A stretch of 64,000 bases of DNA from Gammaproteobacteria bacterium (GCA_965222615.1 CBDCUI010000007.1:320001-384000), one strand, 5' to 3'. Counted from the stretch's first letter, positions 22,725 to 30,210 are shown. The notes: generated from the sequence alone by a model not told the origin. Made by a program: numbers and translations.

Positions 22725-22966
22725 TCAGTCCCTATAATATTCATTTCTATTAGAACCATCGTGTCGCTTGTTCTTCAAGCAACAATTCTTGAAATCTACG
22801 CCCTGATCCACATACACACAGATCATTACGGCCGAGCTTCTCGATAAGTTCTTTATTGCCATGAACGACTCTATTTCCTCGTTTAACGTTTGTTTCTGAT
22901 GGATATCCCTTGCGACGTTTACTCATACGCTCAAAAGGATTGGTCCTTATCTTTAAATTTACACAT
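22725..22966 (-). CDS. small SEC-C motif protein, probably frameshifted twice (middle ORF 22750..22926)
   Basis: GGAGG RBS at ATG 22966; [14 protein letters not shown] continues as KNCC only in the +1 frame. Confidence 0.7.
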
Positions 22967-22988
22967 GTTGCACCTCCGTTTTATTGAG

Positions 22989-24431
22989 CTAAACATAACT
23001 CACTATATTTAAGTTTTCTTTCAATGCCCAGCGTTGAAATATATCTTTCTCAGAATCAGTTGGTAAGCGATTATACTTTCCTCTTGCTTGGCAAATTTGT
23101 TTGTTATACATATTTACTTCTATCGTTAACATCTTTGTGATTCCAATCTTATTCTGTAGATCCATGGTGTAAATTGCACTTTTCCCCTTGTGGCAAGAAT
23201 TTGCATAACTTGCAACACAATGACCTTGCTTACGACCTTCAGCAACAAGTTCCTTACTAGATAGTAGCTCTCTTATTGTCCAAACTTTCATATTTCTATT
23301 CTTGCTATTCCCTTCAACGTACCTAAAATCATTAATACCAGACTTTTTCCATTGCAAGTTTCCACCACGGGATTCTCTACCGAGTTGTTGATGCCACTGC
23401 TCAACTTGTCTTAATAATGTTTCAGCTGTTCTACCTCGCATGGAAAAATTAGGTTGTGCAGGTCCGATTTCTCTAGCCACGCCTCGCTCAACAAACTCAA
23501 CTCTATTTTCATATTTTTGATTCCAAATATAATCCACAATTGGGTTTACATGGCTCAAATCCAACATTGGGTTTTCGATAAAAAACTGTATAACTCTTTG
23601 CCAAAATTCTTCATCTTTAAATCTTGTATTCAGTCGCGTTCCATTAATTGCATTGGCAATTGCAACATTTCCACCTAATGCTTTCACTTGTGCCCAACGA
23701 AATGCTCCTAACACACTATATGAAGTAGGCGCCTGTATAAAATGATGGGCCATTTTCTTAGTCAGTCTAATAGGTAAAGAATGAGCCGTTCTAATATTGT
23801 GTCCTTTACCTATATGCATGAACCATTTTTGCTGTTTTTTGTTTCCCTGTAACCAAACATAATCCATAAATTCTGGTACATAATAATTCGCGAACAAGTG
23901 TCTAGCTAACGATGAAAACTGGCGAACTGCATTATATGTAGAAGGCTCCCATACATATAAATCACGTAACCACTTGGTTCGATATAATGTGAAATTTATA
24001 ATCCCTCGCACAAAATCTACCGAACTAAAAAGCTTTGTTCTTTCCTCCAGGTATAGCAAGGCTTTTAATAGCTGTTTTTTCTCTTTTGATATACGAAACC
24101 CTTCGTATACAATTTGTAGAACTTTACTATTAATTTCATTTAGAGGTAGTTTATTATCAAAAATTAATTCAATCTGATATCTTATCTTCCCCTCTTTACT
24201 ATGCTTCTTAAGCTTTTCTTCCGCTAATATTTCTTTATATTTCTCTATCTCCTTATAACGTTGAGAATATTTCTTATCTAGTTTTGAACTGAAACCATTC
24301 GCTTTACACCATTTTTTATATTCGGCTATGTCTTTCAAATTTAGGGCACGAGCATGCATCAAGACCTCTAACTCTAAGTCCTGATCAATCGTTTTCAATT
24401 TTTTATTTTTTCGTGCCATATCAATATTCAA
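22989..24431 (-). CDS. PcfJ-domain protein
   Basis: ELLSSKELVAEGRKQGHCVASY, LTIEV, QARGKYNR. Confidence 0.8.
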   Translation of the reverse strand: MNIDMARKNKKLKTIDQDLELEVLMHARALNLKDIAEYKKWCKANGFSSKLDKKYSQRYKEIEKYKEILAEEKLKKHSKEGKIRYQIELIFDNKLPLNEINSKVLQIVYEGFRISKEKKQLLKALLYLEERTKLFSSVDFVRGIINFTLYRTKWLRDLYVWEPSTYNAVRQFSSLARHLFANYYVPEFMDYVWLQGNKKQQKWFMHIGKGHNIRTAHSLPIRLTKKMAHHFIQAPTSYSVLGAFRWAQVKALGGNVAIANAINGTRLNTRFKDEEFWQRVIQFFIENPMLDLSHVNPIVDYIWNQKYENRVEFVERGVAREIGPAQPNFSMRGRTAETLLRQVEQWHQQLGRESRGGNLQWKKSGINDFRYVEGNSKNRNMKVWTIRELLSSKELVAEGRKQGHCVASYANSCHKGKSAIYTMDLQNKIGITKMLTIEVNMYNKQICQARGKYNRLPTDSEKDIFQRWALKENLNIVSYV

Positions 24432-24505
24432 TTAAATTTAGCTAATTCCATTTAAATGACGCAGGCCCTCTAGTAATAAAGGACCTTTGTCAGTTTATTT
24501 TCACG

Positions 24506-25654
24506 CTACCCATCAACTTTGATTTGTACCGTGTCTTTTAGGATGCCGTCCAAACCTCCGAAGACGGTTAGTTTGTCTACTTTGTCTGTGACTTTTTCCA
24601 ACGTCTCCAACTCTTTCAAGCGCATCAAGGTTGGGTTGTCATCCATCAATTTCGCAGTGTTCAACAATGAACGTGTAGCTGCAGTTTCTTCACGTCTTTT
24701 AATGACATTTGCTTGCGCCACTTTTTCTGCTTGAACCACTTGGTTCAAGATGTCTTTCATGTCGCCTGGCAAAATGACATCTTTCACGCCAACGCTGCGA
24801 ATTTCGATACCGTATTCAGATACGTTTGCTTTAACAGATTCGTAGACGTATTTGTCTAGTTCATCTTTAGTTACAAGCAATGCATCCAAAGTGCGTGTAC
24901 CAATTACCTGACGAAGTGCAAATTGCATTTCGCGGTAAATATATCCAGCAAGGTCTACCAATTCATGACGCGCTTTAATTGGATCACGAATTTGATATTG
25001 AGCCGACAAGTTTGCACGTAGGCTAACTTTGTCTTTTGTCAAAATCTCTTGACCTTGCACTTCCATGCTTTGCATACGCAAATCAACTTGCTCAACTTTT
25101 ACGTTGCGGTTGTATTTCCAGTATGCGTACAGACCTGGTTGCAATGATTCTTTTAATTCACCATCCACAACCAATAGGCCAACATGGTTATCTGCAACTT
25201 CTGCGATATAAATTGAATTAATCAATTCATTTGGTATTTGTTTTGCACGTGTGTGCACAAACTGACCCACTTTATTTGCAGGTAATGCAAAATCTTCTGC
25301 AATATTTTGCACTTCAACTGTCATTTCAACTGGACCTTTCCAAAATAATTGGCGTGTGCCAGGTGCTACAACAGTGCTCAATTGACCACGTTGATAAACC
25401 AATCCAACTTCATATGCATCTGTCTCAACAACTTGGAAGTATTTAGTTACTATCTCAGGTTGTTCTTTTACTAAGACATCCACATATTTGTGGTTGAATT
25501 GCGCTTCCGTTACATCATAAATCTCGACTTGGATACGGCCGAAAATATCGAAATAACGATATACACTCGGTTCAAGCACCTTTACGATGCTACGGTTTTT
25601 CAAATAAATACCGCGCTCATGCTGCGCAATAACAATTCTTTTCAATCCGAACAT
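24506..25654 (-). CDS. SPFH/band-7 (slipin family) protein
   Basis: QEILTKDKVSLR, KDVILPG, RREETAATRSLLNTA; start reassigned to ATG 25654 behind AAGGAG. Confidence 0.85.
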   Translation of the reverse strand: MFGLKRIVIAQHERGIYLKNRSIVKVLEPSVYRYFDIFGRIQVEIYDVTEAQFNHKYVDVLVKEQPEIVTKYFQVVETDAYEVGLVYQRGQLSTVVAPGTRQLFWKGPVEMTVEVQNIAEDFALPANKVGQFVHTRAKQIPNELINSIYIAEVADNHVGLLVVDGELKESLQPGLYAYWKYNRNVKVEQVDLRMQSMEVQGQEILTKDKVSLRANLSAQYQIRDPIKARHELVDLAGYIYREMQFALRQVIGTRTLDALLVTKDELDKYVYESVKANVSEYGIEIRSVGVKDVILPGDMKDILNQVVQAEKVAQANVIKRREETAATRSLLNTAKLMDDNPTLMRLKELETLEKVTDKVDKLTVFGGLDGILKDTVQIKVDG

Positions 25655-25669
25655 AGTTACTCCTTTTAA

Positions 25670-25960
25670 ATAAAGTTTCGGGAAATGCTCCACATATAAA
25701 TTGCGGGTAAACTCCTGTTGTAGTAACGGGTCTACAAACTTTCACATATCATTGCGATACCCCAACTATCGCTTTGAATATGTTTCAGTCTCTAGACTGG
25801 TTATCACAAGCTTGTGATTACTCAGGCAATCTACATGTTGCGACATAAACAAACTCTCAACCGTAGTTGAGCTATTTGAAATGTCACGGGAACATTTCCC
25901 TAGTTAGTGTTTTCACACAAAATGCGGAATCGAACCGCAGGCTTTCGCCATTACCAATGA
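25670..25960 (-). ncRNA. unidentified structured RNA with a T-loop arm
   Basis: TGCGG-TTCGATT-CCGCA arm and many hairpins (GGC-GAAA-GCC, GTGT-GAAA-ACAC, CTCAAC-TACG-GTTGAG, CAGTC-TAGA-GACTG). Confidence 0.5.
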
Positions 25961-25976
25961 ACAACGTTTAAAGTTG

Positions 25977-26048
25977 TCGAAAGAACAGGAATCGAACCTG
26001 CAACATTTCCGTTATCAGCGGAATGCTCTCCCTTTGAGCTATCTTTCA
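25977..26048 (-). tRNA. trnI-GAT: tRNA-Ile(GAT)-like, followed by CAA rather than CCA
   Basis: Cloverleaf; TTCCG-CTGATAA-CGGAA; GTTCGATTC; U1-G72 pair. Confidence 0.7.
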
Positions 26049-26272
26049 CTGGTGTATCGGACCACTTACAACTTTGTATACACATTGCAATCACCTTTCG
26101 GTTTAGCTTCGGTGCACAGGTCTGAATTCAAGAATCAGATCCGCTAAGTAAATAAATGTCTCTCAATACTCATGAACTCAATGTTTATAAAACATCGAAT
26201 TACAATTCTTTAAATACAGGTGACCTGCCCCATTGCAGGCCACCATTTTTCACGTCCCCTTTCTACTAAAAT

Positions 26273-26839
26273 TTAACGTCGCTCTTTAGGACATTGTGTT
26301 TTCAAGAACGCCATTTGGTCTGCCAAAATTTTGCGGTTAGATAAAATCAATCCTTCTGCATAATTTGGCTCATATGGAATTCCTAATAATGAAATTCCTA
26401 TTCTTTCTGCCTCACTAGGCATTAAACTATCTTTACGTGCATTACATGCACGGCATGCTGTAACCACATTCATCCATGTGTTTTTTCCACCACGTGATAG
26501 TGGAATCACATGATCGCGCGTTAAGCGATTTCGAGAATATTGATCACCGCAATACATGCACATGTAATCATCACGTCGAAACAATCTTGCATTTGTAAGT
26601 GCAGGCACTTCACGAATGTGGTCGTCTGATCGCATCACACCATGTGTTGCAACAATACTGTTCACATCAATAAATGAACGAGTTCTTGTTCTGCGATTTA
26701 CACCACCATGAATACGGAAAGAATTTGAACCCATTTCGTAAACAACTTGTTCTCGTGCATACACTAATGCTGCATATTCCCAGTTCATCCATTCAACTGG
26801 ACGCCCAGCTACGTCTAAACGCAAAATTAAATTTTCCAT
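26273..26839 (-). CDS. HNH endonuclease
   Basis: RRDDYMCMYCG, TRDHVIPLSRGG, NVVTACRACNARK. Confidence 0.92.
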   Translation of the reverse strand: MENLILRLDVAGRPVEWMNWEYAALVYAREQVVYEMGSNSFRIHGGVNRRTRTRSFIDVNSIVATHGVMRSDDHIREVPALTNARLFRRDDYMCMYCGDQYSRNRLTRDHVIPLSRGGKNTWMNVVTACRACNARKDSLMPSEAERIGISLLGIPYEPNYAEGLILSNRKILADQMAFLKTQCPKERR

Positions 26840-26867
26840 TTAACTTTTCTCTTTTATAAAGTTACTG

Positions 26868-26891
26868 TTTAACAATTTGGATGATTGAAGT
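26868..26891 (+). repeat. 24-bp inverted repeat, trailer copy (partner 30373..30396)
   Basis: tttaacaatttggatgattgaagt is the exact reverse complement of 30373..30396. Confidence 0.95.
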
Positions 26892-26899
26892 GGTTAAGA

Positions 26900-26946
26900 A
26901 TGGCTTCGCCATTTCTTAATTCGCGCGTAATACCCACGCGCAAGTG
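26900..26946 (-). repeat. two-hairpin spacer motif, copy 1 (others at 27124..27169 and 28769..28814)
   Basis: Three aligned copies with compensatory changes. Confidence 0.8.
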
Positions 26947-27023
26947 TGGTACGCAGCCCCAGATTTGAACTGGGAATCAAGTAGGTTTGAGCTACTCAGG
27001 TCTTCCAATTGCCTCAGCTGCGC
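26947..27023 (-). tRNA. trnL-CAA: tRNA-Leu(CAA), short variable loop
   Basis: AGTAG-CTCAAAC-CTACT; CCA encoded. Confidence 0.85.
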
Positions 27024-27034
27024 AAATATTGTGT

Positions 27035-27111
27035 TGGTATCCCTGGCAAGATTCGAACTTGCAACATTCTGGTTTTAAGTCAGATGCGTCTTCCGGTTGC
27101 GCCACAGGGAC
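27035..27111 (-). tRNA. trnL-TAA: tRNA-Leu(TAA), short variable loop
   Basis: TCTGA-CTTAAAA-CCAGA; CCA. Confidence 0.85.
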
Positions 27112-27169
27112 GTTAGTCAATGTATGCCTACGGCATTATTAATTTGCGAGTAATAGCCACTCGCATGTC

Positions 27170-27248
27170 TGGTAGCCACCCTCGGATTCGAACCGAGAAA
27201 CACCGCGTTCTAAGCACGGTAGGTATGACCTATTCCCGTCAGGTGGCC
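27170..27248 (-). tRNA. trnL-TAG: tRNA-Leu(TAG), short variable loop
   Basis: CCGTG-CTTAGAA-CGCGG; CCA. Confidence 0.85.
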
Positions 27249-27249
27249 A

Positions 27250-27325
27250 TGGCACCCCTAGTAAGATTCGAACTCACATCAACTGATTTAGAAGATCAGT
27301 GCTTTTCCTATTAAGCTATAGAGGT
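27250..27325 (-). tRNA. trnR-TCT: tRNA-Arg(TCT)
   Basis: CTGAT-CTTCTAA-ATCAG; CCA. Confidence 0.9.
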
Positions 27326-27349
27326 TAAAAACTGTTTACATAAATTTTT

Positions 27350-27446
27350 TGGTACCCCAACCAAGATTCGAACTTGGATCTACCACTAATCTGGTGCGTG
27401 AATCACGGGATATAAATCCGCTGCTTTACCGTTAAGCTATTGGGGC
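27350..27446 (-). tRNA. trnI-TAT: tRNA-Ile(TAT) with long variable region
   Basis: GCGGA-TTTATAT-CCCGT, ~27-nt variable region; CCA. Confidence 0.75.
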
Positions 27447-27455
27447 AAAAATATT

Positions 27456-27529
27456 TGGACACTCCGCTCAGAATTGAACTGAGTCCTCAAGGGTTGCAAC
27501 CTTGCGTCTTGCCGATCGACCACGGAGTG
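27456..27529 (-). tRNA. trnC-GCA: tRNA-Cys(GCA)
   Basis: CAAGG-TTGCAAC-CCTTG; U73; CCA. Confidence 0.9.
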
Positions 27530-27530
27530 T

Positions 27531-27605
27531 TGGCACATCCGGAAAGATTTGAACTTTCATCTTTGGGTTTGGAGGCCAATGTTCTGCCAATTGAACTACA
27601 GATGC
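27531..27605 (-). tRNA. trnW-CCA: tRNA-Trp(CCA)
   Basis: Loop CTCCAAA; G73; CCA. Confidence 0.88.
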
Positions 27606-27607
27606 TC

Positions 27608-27683
27608 TGGCTGGGAATCCTGGACTCGAACCAAGATCTCAAGAGTCAAAGTCTTGCGTCTTAACCAGTTAGACGAATTCCCA
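27608..27683 (-). tRNA. trnQ-TTG: tRNA-Gln(TTG)
   Basis: CAAGA-CTTTGAC-TCTTG; U1-A72; CCA. Confidence 0.9.
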
Positions 27684-27692
27684 ATTTTAATT

Positions 27693-27769
27693 TGGCGCGG
27701 TTGGAAAGATTCAAACTTTCATCTACGACTTTCGTAGAGTCGTGCTTTATCCGATTAAGCTACAACCGC
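27693..27769 (-). tRNA. trnR-ACG: tRNA-Arg(ACG)
   Basis: CGACT-CTACGAA-AGTCG; CCA. Confidence 0.88.
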
Positions 27770-27778
27770 AAAATTTTT

Positions 27779-27854
27779 TGGTAGCCCGAATCCGATTCGA
27801 ACGGATAACTTTCGCTTTGTAAGAACGACACTCTGCCAATTGAGTTATCGGGCT
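27779..27854 (-). tRNA. trnV-TAC: tRNA-Val(TAC)
   Basis: TCGTT-CTTACAA-AGCGA; CCA. Confidence 0.9.
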
Positions 27855-27864
27855 AATATTATTT

Positions 27865-27936
27865 TGGTAGTTACGGTTAGAATCGAACTAACAAGTCCAG
27901 GGTTATGAGCCCTAGCTGAAGACCACTTCCGTAACT
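27865..27936 (-). tRNA. trnM-CAT: tRNA-Met(CAT), initiator-like, reduced D-arm
   Basis: TAGGG-CTCATAA-CCCTG; D-arm GAAG-TGGT-CTTC; CCA. Confidence 0.7.
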
Positions 27937-27944
27937 AAAATATT

Positions 27945-28018
27945 TGGTGGATCCAGTAGGAGTCGAACCTACCTCTGCGGGTTAAAAGCCCGCTGCACAG
28001 CCGCTATGCCATAGATCC
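27945..28018 (-). tRNA. trnK-TTT: tRNA-Lys(TTT)
   Basis: GCGGG-CTTTTAA-CCCGC; CCA. Confidence 0.9.
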
Positions 28019-28019
28019 T

Positions 28020-28095
28020 TGGCACGCCTGAAAGGATTTGAACCTTTATCTCACTGGTTCGAAGCCAGTTGCTTTTCCATTTAAGCTACAGACGT
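28020..28095 (-). tRNA. trnR-TCG: tRNA-Arg(TCG)
   Basis: ACTGG-CTTCGAA-CCAGT; CCA. Confidence 0.9.
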
Positions 28096-28097
28096 AT

Positions 28098-28188
28098 TGG
28101 CGGAGAAGAACAGATTCGAACTGTTGAATGAAAAATTTCCATTTCTCCTTTAGCAAAGGAGCGCTTTAAACCACTCAGCCACTTCTCC
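28098..28188 (-). tRNA. trnS-GCT: tRNA-Ser(GCT)
   Basis: CTCCT-TTGCTAA-AGGAG; long variable arm; G73. Confidence 0.9.
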
Positions 28189-28204
28189 AATTTATATTTA
28201 TATT

Positions 28205-28280
28205 TGGGGTGAACTACCGGACTCGAACCGGTATCTACCAGATTCACGTTCTGGGGCTTTGCCATTAAGCTAAGCTCACC
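28205..28280 (-). tRNA. trnH-GTG: tRNA-His(GTG)
   Basis: CCAGA-ACGTGAA-TCTGG; G-1 and C73; C33 in place of U33. Confidence 0.85.
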
Positions 28281-28290
28281 ATAATTATTT

Positions 28291-28381
28291 TGGCGGAAGG
28301 CGGAGGGCACGATCCCCACTAACCAAAAGCCAGCCACCAGTTTTCAAGACTGGGACACCCCCACTGGGTGAATCACCTTCC
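28291..28381 (-). tRNA. trnS-TGA: tRNA-Ser(TGA), apparent 8/4 cloverleaf
   Basis: CCAGT-CTTGAAA-ACTGG; 8-bp acceptor GGAAGGTG/CGCCTTCC; 4-bp T-stem. Confidence 0.75.
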
Positions 28382-28396
28382 TTATATATGTAGGTT

Positions 28397-28471
28397 TGGA
28401 GCGGATAATCGGATTCGAACCGATATTTATGGTTTGGAAGACCATCACTCTGCCAATTGAGTTATACCCGC
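28397..28471 (-). tRNA. trnG-TCC: tRNA-Gly(TCC)
   Basis: ATGGT-CTTCCAA-ACCAT; U73. Confidence 0.9.
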
Positions 28472-28476
28472 AAATT

Positions 28477-28554
28477 TGGTCTCAGCAGTTGGATTCGAAC
28501 CAACGACCTCTCGCTTCCAAGGCGAGGACTCTGACCAGACTGAGCTACACTGAG
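28477..28554 (-). tRNA. trnP-TGG: tRNA-Pro(TGG)
   Basis: CTCGC-CTTGGAA-GCGAG; A37. Confidence 0.9.
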
Positions 28555-28578
28555 AATATTTTTTGTATAAAAATTATT

Positions 28579-28653
28579 TGGTGCATCGAGTTGGACTTGA
28601 ACCACCTTTGCGTGTAGGTACTACACGTGAATCAAGAATCACTTTGTGATTCC
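28579..28653 (-). pseudogene. tRNA remnant (T-arm, 3' acceptor strand and CCA only)
   Basis: GGTGG-TTCAAGT-CCAAC-TCGATGC-ACCA with no complementary 5' strand. Confidence 0.65.
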
Positions 28654-28672
28654 ATTTTTTATTGAAAATTTT

Positions 28673-28748
28673 TGGTTCATCGGATTAGAGTTGAACTAAT
28701 ATCTTCACAATTATCAGTTGTGTGCTTTACCAGTTAAGCTACCGATGA
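28673..28748 (-). tRNA. trnI-GAT: tRNA-Ile(GAT)
   Basis: CACAA-CTGATAA-TTGTG; CCA. Confidence 0.9.
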
Positions 28749-28814
28749 ATAATCTTTAGAAATATTGTATCGCTTCGCGATTATTAATTTACGAGTAATA
28801 CCCACTCGCAAGTG

Positions 28815-28889
28815 TGGTGTTCCTGACCAGAATTGAACTGGCATCTCGAGTTTGAAAGACTCGTGACCTCACCGTTAGTCGACAGGAAC
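28815..28889 (-). tRNA. trnE-TTC: tRNA-Glu(TTC)
   Basis: CGAGT-CTTTCAA-ACTCG; CCA. Confidence 0.9.
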
Positions 28890-28903
28890 AAATTAATTTA
28901 TTT

Positions 28904-28979
28904 TGGCGGATCCGATCGGACTCAAACCGACATCCCCTTTATCGACAGTAAAGTGCTTTATCAATTAAGCTACGAATCC
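28904..28979 (-). tRNA. trnD-GTC: tRNA-Asp(GTC)
   Basis: CTTTA-CTGTCGA-TAAAG; G73. Confidence 0.85.
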
Positions 28980-28988
28980 AAATTTTAT

Positions 28989-29850
28989 TTAAAGGTTGAG
29001 ACTACGCCTTTAACAATCACTCTTTTGTTGAAGTGCCTAACGCATTGCTGTGCGAAAGTTGTCAACGTGTCCACATTACCCTGGTTGCTCCAGCGATAAT
29101 GTTAGTGATCATGACTGCTTTTTTTAAAGTGTAGCGATTCACTTGTCGCATTGATCTATTCAGCTATTCACTTACCGAGAACCTTGCAGGGCTCTAAACG
29201 GAGGCTATCCGATCGTGCAATGAAGTAACTAAAGTTCTTTGGCTTGCGGCCGCAGAAGCTTCCATGTTCCCAAGCGGGCATGGACTTAAGTCATTTTCAA
29301 TCAACACCGAGACGCGTCTTTGCGTTTCACCGTATGGTGATCTATGTGGGAGTCGAACCCACGACCTATTGATTCTAAGTCAATCGCTCTACCAATCTGA
29401 GCTAAAAGATCAGGTACTACTAAGACGTGCACGTCTCAGTTGCTTCGTTATTTTTTGAATAACGATATACAACACGCCTTCTGTCTTTCCTCTGCCGAGT
29501 ACTTAACCGAATATTAGGATCATGGCTGCCAGCCATTTCCCCAATACTCTGTACAACCGCACTTGTCTGCAAAACTCGTACTATGTTGTACTACCTGTTA
29601 CCTCTCGTAGTACGCAATCTAGTGTCACGGGTTACAGCACTACCTGTATCTTTCACACGACCCGCATTCCCAAGTAAACCTGGTACGTTAATCGTGGTAC
29701 TTCCGTGTATTGCTTGGCTACTATTGCCGATTGAATTACGACAACATGGAGACCAGGCTTGCTTGGTTTGACCTACTTCGAAAAGTGGGCGAAATACCGT
29801 AGTCGTATTCCTTTTCTATTGTTGCCGATAGTTATCGTGCCAAGCCACAT
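28989..29850 (-). ncRNA. large structured RNA, GOLLD-like, with embedded tRNA-Leu
   Basis: ~860 nt, hairpin-dense, no credible ORF, inside a tRNA array; terminal hairpin TTAAAGG-CGTAGTCTCAA-CCTTTAA and internal segments resemble GOLLD from memory. Confidence 0.65.
29335..29411 (-). tRNA. trnL-TAG: tRNA-Leu(TAG), class-I body, embedded in the large RNA
   Basis: ATTGA-CTTAGAA-TCAAT; variable loop AGGTC; CCA. Confidence 0.85.
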
Positions 29851-29853
29851 ATT

Positions 29854-29929
29854 TGGTGGAGGATCACGGATTTGAACCGTGCGCCTTCTGCTTGCAATAC
29901 AGACGCTCTGCCAACTGAGCTAATCCCCC
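29854..29929 (-). tRNA. trnA-TGC: tRNA-Ala(TGC)
   Basis: Loop ATTGCAA; G3-U70. Confidence 0.92.
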
Positions 29930-29938
29930 AAACTAATT

Positions 29939-30013
29939 TGGCTGCGACGGTTGGACTCGAACCAACATTGCTTCGCTTAACAGGCGAATGTTCTACCATT
30001 GAACTACATCGCA
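29939..30013 (-). tRNA. trnN-GTT: tRNA-Asn(GTT)
   Basis: TTCGC-CTGTTAA-GCGAA. Confidence 0.92.
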
Positions 30014-30021
30014 ATTACGTT

Positions 30022-30098
30022 TGGTGCATCAGGATGGATTCGAACCACCATCGCGTCGGGCTTCAACCGACCGCTCTACCCATTGGAGCTACCGATGC
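30022..30098 (-). tRNA. trnF-GAA: tRNA-Phe(GAA) with G37
   Basis: GTCGG-TTGAAGC-CCGAC. Confidence 0.9.
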
Positions 30099-30107
30099 AA
30101 AAACTTT

Positions 30108-30192
30108 TGGTGGAGAGAGATGGATTCGAACCACCACGCTAATATTTAGCACTGGGTTACAGCCAGCGTGTCTCACCAATGACTGTCTCTCC
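30108..30192 (-). tRNA. trnY-GTA: tRNA-Tyr(GTA)
   Basis: GCTGG-CTGTAAC-CCAGT; variable arm GCTAAATATTAGC. Confidence 0.88.
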
Positions 30193-30210
30193 TAAAATTA
30201 AATATAAAAC

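Noticed and set aside
28291-28381. selC (tRNA-Sec)
   Set aside because: Anticodon is UGA (Ser), not UCA; no selA/selB in the window
28989-29334. tmRNA or RNase P RNA
   Set aside because: No Ala-type acceptor/T-arm ends or tag ORF, and no RNase P conserved motifs recognised
29335-29411. Amber suppressor tRNA (cta seen on the + strand; same at 27170..27248)
   Set aside because: The genes are on the minus strand, so the anticodon is UAG (reads CUA, Leu), not CUA
27120-30195. Short ORFs in the track across the tRNA array
   Set aside because: They overlap tRNA or ncRNA genes and are shadow translations
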